A stretch of 21,307 nucleotides of DNA, from NCBI GenBank assembly GCA_965644295.1, contig CBFFRP010000311.1:1-21307 (forward strand). Direction: 5' to 3'. This DNA comes from Paraphysomonas bandaiensis. Its lineage: Eukaryota > Protista > Chrysophyceae. Positions within the stretch are counted from its first letter, which is position 1. Each line of letters begins with the position of its first letter. Positions 1 to 10,100 of this stretch are shown piece by piece. The position numbers and the translations under genes were made by a program. Under the pieces are notes generated by a model that had not been told where the DNA came from, made no database searches, and saw nothing but the letters and a program-made list of their open reading frames with translations.

Positions 1-573
1 GTATTCTTCTTCGGGATGTATGAGACCTTGTACTCCTCTGTATATACGATTGTATGATGCTGTATATGATTCTGAGTATACAGTATTGTGCTGTTGTATA
101 TCTGTATATGGTCTATAGTACAGTGACGGTATATTGTTGAGTACAAGCATATGATTGGACAATATTCTCATTTTGGTGTGCTGGAGACTCTGTTGGTTGG
201 AGTTGGTCTTCATAGCATTCTACGGGAGTGTTCCAGAAAACTGATATGTCCACATAATCAACCAAATCTTGTGGAATCTTTTGTAGAATATTGTTCTAGA
301 TGTTATTGTGTGCTTCTAGATAGCTTGTAGAACATGAGTGGTTCTTTATGAGTTATTTTGTGTTCTGCTTGCTGTTCAGATTTATGTTATAGTGCCTTAC
401 ACCTTAACACGTAGTTAGAGGTGTCTAATTATAAGAGCTTGGGGGTGCCTGAGCTATTGTAAGGCTAATAACTAGAGCATTCTCCTTCTTGTTTTGTTTC
501 ATCATTCCTATATTTCTTATTTATTTAATCTTTTATAAGCTGCACCCGGTGTTATACCTCGGGTTTGGTCACA
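1..573 (+). mobile_element. Probable LTR end of a second retroelement (3' or solo LTR if plus-oriented), nested in the copia element; left end outside the window
   Basis: Non-coding. It has a TATA-like TATAAG at 430-435, a T-rich tract at ~480-535 and a short hairpin at 544-564, and it ends in ...GGTCACA (573), an LTR-type CA terminus. The copia ORF's TGA (569-571) lies inside this terminus. No TGG primer-binding site follows. The partner LTR and TSD cannot be seen. Confidence 0.55.
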
Positions 574-3115
574 GACCACCATCCTCATGGTGCTTTCCGA
601 TAAGATACTCAAACTCACCCGGTTGACGAGCCTCGGGATCTATAGCCACTTGAGCCTCCTCCAGCTCTCTATAATAATCCTGAGACCTCTCAGGTACCGA
701 TTCATCAAATAATACATGTACAGAGTGTACTACGGTGTCCCCCACTAGCACCTTGTATCCTTTTCGATCAGCTGGATACCCTATGAAATAACCTGTCATT
801 GCTTTGTCCTCCCAGTCCTTCCTCCTGTCGGCCTTGGGTGTTAGCACATATGCTTTGCACCCCCATTTCCGTAGCCACGATAGGCTGGGAACGCTCCCCC
901 CTGGGACACACTCATATGGAGACATCCATCCTTGCCACGTCCGAGTTGGCATTCGTCGCACAATGTAACATGCAGTTTGATAAGCATCAAACCAGAACGA
1001 CTTTGGAAGTCCAGATGCCGTCAACATCGTCAGTGTCATCTCCCCAATTGTTCGGAATTTCCTCTCAGACACCGCGTTGAGCTCTGGCGTGTCTCGTGTT
1101 GTATGTGACACCCGAGTCCCATATCGCTGCAACAGATACTCTCTTATCTGCTGACTAATAAGTTCGGATCCTCCATCGGCATGATACTCCACTATACGGT
1201 TCCACCCCTCGTACTTCACTAAGTGGACCTCGCACAAGTGTCGTAGACATTTGAACACCTCCTCTCCGCTTCGAGTCCTCAATCCATATTCCCATATCAT
1301 CTTTGTTGCTAAGTCCGTGAATAGGAGCACGTACTTATACCCTTGTCTGGATTCACAATTCAGGTAGACTGAGATGTCCGCTGTCACTCGTTCCAGAAAC
1401 CTGACTGCGCTTAGCTCTTCGTTGTCCCGTGATTTGAACGAATGCCTGGTTATCTTCGCCTTGGCACACCATTTACACAGGGGTTTCTTGCAACTCTTCT
1501 CCTTTGCCTTCGAAAGGTGATGTCGCTGTAGTCCTGATCCTCTGAATAACATGTGTCGGTGAGCTTCTAATAACTTCGATTTCGAGACATGTCCAGTACG
1601 CTCATGTAAGCGATCCAACGCATCTTGTCCTGTATTATCCGACAAATTTACCTCCTCCATCTGATTGCACATAGACACATTTGGCAGATTTAACACCTCC
1701 ATCAAGTCCACATACGGCATCCCTCCATGCTCATCGTACTCTCCAGTCAACACCTCGTTTCCAGAGTCCAATTCCACGATTTTAGGCTTTCGAAGCAGTT
1801 GTAATCCGTATCCCATTGATCTCAGCATCCCTCCTGACACAATGTTCTTCACCGCTTCTTCACTAACTCTGATGTCTCTCCATTCCCCGAATGTACCAGC
1901 CCCCTGTGTCTCCAATTGAGAACCCTTTCTAGTTAGTTGGATTGCCCCAAACTCAGGAGTAAATGACTCCAGTGCAATTTTATCCTTTACTATAAACAGT
2001 CTTTTACTTGCACAACTGTCCAGATATACACGAGGTTCTTCCGACGTATCCACCGATAGCAAAACCTCTTCTCCAAACATATTCGCTTCATCATCCGACG
2101 ACTCTCCGTCGTTGACGTATTTCTTCCATTCTGTCTCGAATTTCCTGTTCGATTTTCGAGGATTCTCATTATCCGGGTTTTTTATGTTCTTCCGTTTTTT
2201 CGACTTGCACTGTCGGGCTTTATGACTAAAATCTCCACAGATATGACAACCAGTATAATCCTTTGATCCTGGCTGCTGCACACTCTTCGAAGCCTTTTCC
2301 TTTGTCTTCCCTTTTCTTTTGAACTTATCCATTTTTCTTTGTCGTTCCTTAGCATAACAATTCGCTGCTACATGTCCCTTCTTCCGACAAAATGAACAAA
2401 CCACTGGCTCCTTCGACGCCGTAAAATTGATCTCTTCAGATTTGTCTCCCTTTAGTTTCTTCAGCTGCGTCATAGCCTCGTCATACTCTTCACAAGCCTC
2501 TTTCACCGAATCAAATGTAGTTGTTGCTTTAGGCATCATCGCTACCGACATCCATAAATCATGTAATTCCTCTATCTGCAGCGCTGCTTTTATCTTTGCT
2601 AATTTACTTGCCTCTGTCTGCGGTTGTCCCAATTTTATGAGCTTCTGGATTATACCGTTCAGTCGATCTACCCCAACAGACACCTTTTCCCCCGGCCTTA
2701 TTTTGAACGAATGGTATTCTGCCGTAGTCTTCTCCAATACAGTCCCAATCTCGCCTCTGAACCTATCAACCAGTGTCTGAAGGAGCTCACTGGATAACAC
2801 CTCCTTAGCAGGATCATCAGCAGGTAAGATTGCCTTCCCCTCCAAATATTGATTGGCTACCTCCAACACATCAGGGTCATGCTCGCAAGCCTCCCAAATA
2901 GTACTAACACAGGTATCATTACGCTCTCTCCATGACTCTAAATTCCTTCCTCCGGCTGGCGGGTCCTCCAAGCCAAGATGGTTTCGGTTTTTCTTCATTA
3001 GATGCATCTTGATTTTTCTCGCTGAATAGTCTGCTTGGTTCTTGTCAAACCGTAGCTTCTTGTCATCTTCCCCATCCCTACAACTAGCATTCGCTACCAT
3101 AACAGAAGTTGACAT
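569..3115 (-). CDS. Ty1/copia gag-pol polyprotein, truncated after integrase (Gag with two CCHC knuckles, aspartic protease, HHCC-DDE integrase; no RT/RNaseH)
   Basis: CCHC knuckles CSFCRKKGHVAANC and CHICGDFSHKARQC; protease motif VYLDSCAS; integrase Zn finger HERTGH...CKWC; catalytic D (VTADI), D (HADGGSE) and E (NAVSERKFRT); copia GKGY motif WGCKAY...GYFIGY...KGY. Integrase directly after protease is the copia order. Confidence 0.93.
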   Translation of the reverse strand: MSTSVMVANASCRDGEDDKKLRFDKNQADYSARKIKMHLMKKNRNHLGLEDPPAGGRNLESWRERNDTCVSTIWEACEHDPDVLEVANQYLEGKAILPADDPAKEVLSSELLQTLVDRFRGEIGTVLEKTTAEYHSFKIRPGEKVSVGVDRLNGIIQKLIKLGQPQTEASKLAKIKAALQIEELHDLWMSVAMMPKATTTFDSVKEACEEYDEAMTQLKKLKGDKSEEINFTASKEPVVCSFCRKKGHVAANCYAKERQRKMDKFKRKGKTKEKASKSVQQPGSKDYTGCHICGDFSHKARQCKSKKRKNIKNPDNENPRKSNRKFETEWKKYVNDGESSDDEANMFGEEVLLSVDTSEEPRVYLDSCASKRLFIVKDKIALESFTPEFGAIQLTRKGSQLETQGAGTFGEWRDIRVSEEAVKNIVSGGMLRSMGYGLQLLRKPKIVELDSGNEVLTGEYDEHGGMPYVDLMEVLNLPNVSMCNQMEEVNLSDNTGQDALDRLHERTGHVSKSKLLEAHRHMLFRGSGLQRHHLSKAKEKSCKKPLCKWCAKAKITRHSFKSRDNEELSAVRFLERVTADISVYLNCESRQGYKYVLLFTDLATKMIWEYGLRTRSGEEVFKCLRHLCEVHLVKYEGWNRIVEYHADGGSELISQQIREYLLQRYGTRVSHTTRDTPELNAVSERKFRTIGEMTLTMLTASGLPKSFWFDAYQTACYIVRRMPTRTWQGWMSPYECVPGGSVPSLSWLRKWGCKAYVLTPKADRRKDWEDKAMTGYFIGYPADRKGYKVLVGDTVVHSVHVLFDESVPERSQDYYRELEEAQVAIDPEARQPGEFEYLIGKHHEDGGL

Positions 3116-3206
3116 TATTTGCTAAGGTTTACTATTCTCAACTGATAAGATGAAATTATAAACATTACATGATAAAGAACCTAAGTTGTGTTCGATGTGT
3201 TCAACA
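574..3206 (-). mobile_element. 5' part of a Ty1/copia LTR retrotransposon
   Basis: The gag-PR-IN ORF plus a candidate 5' LTR at 3107-3206. It is interrupted at 573/574. The outer boundary is tentative. Confidence 0.8.
3107..3206 (-). repeat. Candidate ~100-bp 5' LTR of the copia element
   Basis: The minus strand reads TGTTGAAC...AATGTCAACT, resembling copia TGTTGA...TCAACA termini with one terminal mismatch. It is AT-rich and directly upstream of gag. There is no second copy in the window and no canonical PBS. Confidence 0.35.
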
Positions 3207-4119
3207 CCATTCATTTACTACTATAGTGTACAAACCACCCACTCAGTGATCGTATCCTGTATAGTCATCCACTTCTACTTCAGTTTCATACTACATAATA
3301 TAATGTACTAATTACATATATATCTTTCGATCCTTGCATCTCACATAATACTGCACTCAATTGCAAGTATATAGAATCTTCAGATCTCAACACAACAAAT
3401 ATATCATACGATGCAACAAATAGAGCAATATCAAATATCAGGCGGTATTGAAGTATCGATAATAATGTTTCCATATTCAAGTGAGCAAATTTTAATCATA
3501 CTGGTTGCGCACATAAGCTCACCAAGTAAAAATTAGAAGCCTTCCAAATATTTGATCATAGCGATCAGTTGATCACTCCAAACTGATCGAACATAGAAAG
3601 TTGCTTCCAATCTGAACCATATCAGTATTATGAGATCTTAGCTAGACACAATCTTATGTAGTTAGTATATCTTAACTATCCCATACCCCATAGCATATCA
3701 ATGAACTTCATATAATGCTGTCTAACTACAGTATTATTCAAGTAACGGATAAATCAAGTAACCATAGAATACAGCTTCTAGTTGCTCAAAACTGCAATGC
3801 GCAACATGGGATACCATTTTTATATCATGCTGTATTAGATTTCTCTATTTGCTATACATCTGACTTTTTGCATGTACCTCGTATTGGTGCAAACCACCAA
3901 ATTAATTATTCATTCGTATACGTCTACTGAGATATGGAGACCAGTGTATCAGTGACAATGACATACAAGTTGTCCTTGTAATTCTTGTTGGGTGAGTTCT
4001 ACTTTACAAACTGCTGCTTATTAAGATAACACAAGTCTTTCATTAGGCAGCATGAAAAGTAGAGCTATTTAATCCTAACTGCAATTAATACTTTCATTGT
4101 GATGACACCGGTGGCATTT

Positions 4120-7100
4120 TCATGGAGACTCTGGTGTGTCGGGAAGACTGCCACTAACAAAGAGATCCTCGTCTTCAGCCACAGCCATTGAGTCTTCTTT
4201 GTCTGAGTCATCACTCGCATCGTATGTGCATGTCACTGACGGAGCAGGGTCATACTTAGGCTCAATAGCTTGCCAACGAGATGTAGGAGGTCTAATGCTG
4301 CTGACGTGGCCTGCCCCGTCCCGCTGTGATGCAGGCGCGAAGTAGAAGTCTAAATCTGATTCGTTCCCGGGCTCACAGCCATCAGGAACAATAGATATAA
4401 ACCACCGCAATGTCCAGCTATCAATTTTGCATCTGTATAGCGAATACTCAACCTCTTGCCCTTGGTACTTCCCTGTCCGCCTGTACATCCCAGCATCGTG
4501 AAGGAGACTGTGGAAGCTATATATACCGTTCACTTCACACATTCCGGCCCCTGAGACTATCACCACAGATCGTGTTAGCTCGTCGTCGTGGGGTGGATCG
4601 TCAAAACTTGTCGACAGCAGGTCGTGGGATTGTTGCTGGTGTTGTGATTGAATGGGGCTCATTCCCAATTCAGACTTGAGCCATTCAAAATCGTCGTCTT
4701 CGAGAGCTTTCGAGTCAATCCACTCAGCTACTTTGGGTACCGCGTAAAAGTCCCGCATGAAATCCAAGTAACGGTAGGTCAGAGAACGTGAGTCAAAGTT
4801 ATGTGAATAGCCTCCGATAGTTCCTCTGGTCGTAGCTCTGGGAATAAGTACTATCAGACAAGTTGTGAAAAGAAAACACAAACCTCTCATTCAGAACAAC
4901 TTTTAACAGCCCCTGGTCACCTAAATACATTTCCTCTAGACGACAATCAAGCAGGCCATCCTCAATGTTGATAAGTACACGTAGAAAACCAATTATAGCT
5001 GCTTCTGCTGGGTTCCAGGCCCAATCCTTGAGAATGTGATGAAGACGCCGCAAAGCCTGAGGTATGTGCATACATTAGGTGTTTATATACAACAAATCGA
5101 GTTACTGACCACCCTGATGAGTATACTAGATGCATCGATATCAAATGTGCAGAACCTCTGTGCAATTGCAACAGTCGCCACTTCTGCTGCCTCTAATCCC
5201 ACTTCAAAGATAGAGATATTCAACAAACATATCCTGGAATTTTTGGGTAATGATAATTTGGAATGTGCATTCTGCGACATCTGCACAGCAAGACCAGAGT
5301 CTGCCAGTGGCCCTGCAGACCGAGAAAGGTCATTGAGGAAATTAAATGCCTTAAGATCCTGTATGTAGAAAATAACTTACTGCAACGACACATATATGGT
5401 GAATACCTTCCATACGGACTTCGGCTGATAGTGGGCTGTGTCAGCATAATAACGGAGAAACCCGCTGAGTGATAAGCGGCCATCTGCAGTGGTATCGTAG
5501 CGGTCAAGTATCGAACGCACCTGCAGAGTAGTTAGCTTCGGAGTACTTCCATCACAGCCGTGTACACGATCCATGTAAGCAAGGATATCACGAGAATCCA
5601 TGCCACCGGCATGTGAGACTTCCTCAAATATGATTGTGAGAGCATCACGTGCCGCCTGTGTGAGTTCTGGTTCCCAGATGTTGCTTTTTTCATTGAGCAA
5701 GTTGACCTTTTGTGTCTGTGGTACACCTAGTAATGCCGCAAGAACCTCAAATATTATCGAGTGGAAGGGTCTGCAGTCTGCAGCATTGATCCTTGCAGCA
5801 CCCTCAGTTGCATACAATGCCCTGACAGCTTGGGGCACCTTCTCTGGGATGACGAAGATACAAAGATGAGCAATAGTGTCTTTATCGACAAGAAACTTTC
5901 GCAGTGGCGGAAAGAGAGCAATCTCTCGTATCAAAGCAAATAACTCATCACATGTGTGCAAATACGACAAGACATCCGGAAGAAGTTTCAAAACAGATTT
6001 CGTCAAGAGAACGAGAATGGGTTTTGTAGCCAGCTGCTGCTCTCTTGTCAGGGCTATAAGTTCTTGGGTTGAGTAATTCAAATACAAATCTAAATAATTC
6101 TCGGACATATCCTTCGGGCACAAACACCCAATTGCAAGAGATAAAAGTTGAACAAAAGTTGATCTAGCTACAGTATCACCACAACGAAAAAGATACTCTT
6201 TCATCACGCCATAGTTATTGCCAAGTACATACTTAATAAACCACGCAGCCATCTCCGGCACCACATTAAAAGCATTCTTCAACACAGTAAGCCAGTAACA
6301 AACTCCTGATCTCTCCCTGCAATGGAGTACCACATCAAGCAGAAAACGACAACCGAATCGAATGGTATTACAAATAATGTCTGTGTCAGCCGTCCAGGTG
6401 AGCGGAGCCACAGGCTTGGGATCCTGACTGGAAGTGTCAGACAAAGACACACTTTTCTGTCCGCCCGATCTCGATGAGTACACGGACACAATCAGGCTCC
6501 TCACGAAGCCATGGAGACCAGCATCAACCAAGTAGTTCGATAGAGTATGTCGCAGATTTGACTCACCAACCTCGCGGTCAAATGCCTCGTATCCATCAAC
6601 GTATGTGTAGCCTGATGATGAATCAATAGCACTATCTGCCTGTGATACGTTCAACGATTGCCCTGCAGGGTGGTCAGGTACATCGGCGTCATCATCATCA
6701 ACACTCTCACTGTGCTTAACTTTATTGTAAAACAGCATGAGCGCATTCGATGATCTATCTTCTTCGATGGTACTCGACATCCCCTGGATGGTGGTGGAGT
6801 AGGTGCCACCGTAACACTGGGTTGGAATATTTTCCGGATTAAACGGAGACACATCGTCATCATCAAATAAGTACCACTGATCAGGATTATGCGTGTCTCG
6901 AATAAAACTATAGTAGTGCCCACCCTGCGCAATGCCTGAATGCACCAGTACCCCATGTAGCTCATACTCGTAGTCCGATATATCCATCGGGATGTCAGTA
7001 TCACCGCCCTTCACTTCAAGTTTCCCGTCTTTGCCCGCCTCTCTGACTAACTCCGCACCCTCCTGTTCTCGAGCAAGTTCCTCTGCCTCGATACCCTCTT

Positions 7101-10100
7101 TCGTGTATCGAAACATGTTAATACGCATGGGAAATGCTATTCGGTTATTGAGTTTAACAGTTTCAAAAGTAGTGAAATCAAGATCAAATCTTTTCAAATG
7201 AAGTATTAACACGTTCGGTAAAGTTCCGAAGCAAGTTCGGCGGACTGTATCTTTCTTATTGTTGCAAACATCACACATGATCTTGTTATCCCCATCCATT
7301 AACTCTCCTTCAACAAGTTGCGAGAGCGAGTCCTCAATTTTATCTTTCCCACGTATAATTAGCTCTGTTTTCAAAAATGTTTCTTTGCGTGTGCTCTGCC
7401 AGTGTCCACAATCTCTTTTGTCTGTATCATATATATCACAATCCTTAGGAATTTTCTGGTAAAGCATTTTTCCTCCAAACACTTGGGTCTTCATATCATT
7501 CCATACATCATAACGAGTAAATTTGCCCTTCATTGCTGTCTCTAGACGATCGAGTAGCTGATCACAAAACTCTGAAGCATCATTTTGGTGGTAAACATTG
7601 AAGTTGAGATTCAATGTCTTGCAGGCTTCAATGAATGGCTTGGGGTCAAAGTACCGTTTTTTGGACTTTTCCATGAAGCAAAATGTTCGTTGCAGTTGCT
7701 CCAAAACAGCTATAGCGGCTGCATCCCTTTCAGACAGCGGTTCCTCTCCATCCGAAGGAATTTGTTTTACCCTGCCAGTTTCCTTCTGGTATCGGCCCGA
7801 GTGAATGTTGAAAGTCGCGGTATGCTCTGGTGTTCCATCAAGACTCGCATACCGTACAGTGTGCATACGTAGCTGAGAGTCATAAGACAAAACCTTACCA
7901 CGCCTCCATACCCCTGCAGCCCATTCAAATAAAAAGTCAGAGCCGCATATCATTGCATCATCTAAATGCCATAAAGTCGAGCGATAAATATCACGCAGAG
8001 GAGCTCGCATAACTGCATCACGAAAGCTCTTATTCATGAACAGCTGCTGGATAAGAGAATTCAGATAGCACGTGCAACCTTGATTTTTCAATCCAGAGAA
8101 TTGAATATTAGGGCGCTTGACATCGTGCGATACTTGAAGCCCCCAAGAATGCTTCATCTGCTGAGCTGCAGATGAATATAATCCCTGAAGCCGATCGAGA
8201 ACTTCAACAAAAGGCTCCACTGACATCGCCACAAATGAATTCAATACAGCAAATGCAGCGCGGCGAGTTTCAGGTGTGCAACATACAGGCGCCCTGTCTT
8301 TGCCATTGACGGGCATTGAAAATAAAAAGTCATCCATAAGCTTTTCGATCAAAAACGACCCTAGCTCTGTTCGTCGCACCGCAGTAGCATCGATGTCAAC
8401 GAGGCACTTGAGAAGCTCCAAACAGCCCAGTAGCATCGACCTGTCATCGTCAACGTAAACGTCTGTATATTCGAACTCCAGTAGTTTGCGAGACACAGAC
8501 GCAGCGATAGCCTCAATGTCAACGCGACCCTTCATTTTTCCAGTCTGCTGCACCAGTAAGCAGAAAGTTCGAAAAATATCGTAGCAGTAGCGATCTCCAG
8601 GCGACATTGTATCCAGCTCAGCAAGCAGCCAGCTGAGCACCACTGGCTGTGACTTTCCGACCTGCACCGCGAAGTCGGCGGCCATTTCACGCACTGTCTT
8701 AGAGCCACTTCGCAGAACAGATGTTAAAAGTCCTTTCGCGTGGGGATTACTTGTCAGCTGCGATGCAACTGATGGTGACTGAAGAAGTGGCGTTATAGTC
8801 CCGAGAGCGTCCTGCACAATACCAGACTCATCGGCGTCAGCTGCATTGTGTGCAACAGTTAGTAATTTCTCCAGTACAACGGACGAAGATTGCTGAATGT
8901 CCGCAATCAACTCAGGTAAGGCCACTCCCGTCATGGGATCAAAAAGACAGTGGTGGATTATATGAAGCGCCATTGCTAGTGACAATTTCCCTATGCGATC
9001 TGTGCCTCCTCCAGATACAAAGAAATCCAGCACGCTTGCAAATCCGCCATTGGTGATAAATACCTCTCTTATATTTGCTACATCATCAGCAGTGCATGTT
9101 ATCAACTCTGGGGCTGGTTGTAGAATACTGTCAACAATCTGCAATGTGTACGCGGACCGTACATTCGACCCACTGTGAAACATTGATGCCCAAGCCCCAC
9201 ATTCTTCGATTCCGAATTTGCGTTCAATTTCAGCAAGCACATCTGGTTGTGTTGGGATAACCATGAGAGTAGACCACAAGGCTTTAGATAATTCAAAAAA
9301 CTCATGAGCTTCAAGTGTCTCTATCAGTGATATTATACAGTTAAAGTTTTCCATCGACGTAATGCCATCGAGTCGATGCTGATAGTCTATGGGGCCTCCG
9401 TGTCGTGATGACTTGTTTGTGTAATAGATGTCGCTAAAATCATCGTCGCCGTAAGCTGCCATAGCTGAAGAGCTATGCATAACCACCGCACTGACCTCGG
9501 ACCCATCTACAATGCCAAAGTGTGAAATTGGTAGAGAGTCACCAACAAGATTGCTAGAGTCAAACTCAACGTTGACTTTTCTCTGCTGACGAGTTCCAGT
9601 CAGAGATGCAATCTTGTTCTTCAATACGAGCAAAGAGTGCAATGGATGCAGGTCAATTACAGCCGTTTTCTCAGAGACCACTGGGCGTTTATTGTACAGG
9701 GTTGTGTACTGCACATTGTGAGTAATCTCTCGATAACGTACAACGATTTTAATACGAAAAACCCGGCCACGGACAGCGTGAGGAACATACTCTGTCACAT
9801 TCTGCGCGTGGACAACTTGCTGCTGCGATTTCGAGATAACCTCACTGAGGATATCAGTGCAGCGAGCAACCTGCATTTGGAGGGACGAAGAGAGAGCGCC
9901 AACTGATCGACACTGCTGAGTGGCAGACTGTAGCTCGGAAAATACTCTGGAGAGAAGTTGTGATTCCACCTCCGGGGTATACCTGCTCATCTCTTGATAG
10001 GCTTGCAGCAAAAGTGCGATAGCTTCAGTAGCGGACGATTCAGATGGAATATTCAGAGTAATCTTCCACAGAGTTTCGACGCCCAGGACTCTAACGGTAT

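Noticed and set aside
3286-3930. Short ORFs, a possible decayed gene and a 9-bp inverted repeat (3562-3589) between the copia element and the USP gene
   Set aside because: All three minus-strand frames I translated have many stops and no recognisable protein. The hairpin lacks a properly spaced Helitron CTRR end.
4120-5371. ORFs 4120-4890, 4799-5071 and 5083-5286 as independent genes
   Set aside because: They splice in frame into the USP gene through canonical short introns.
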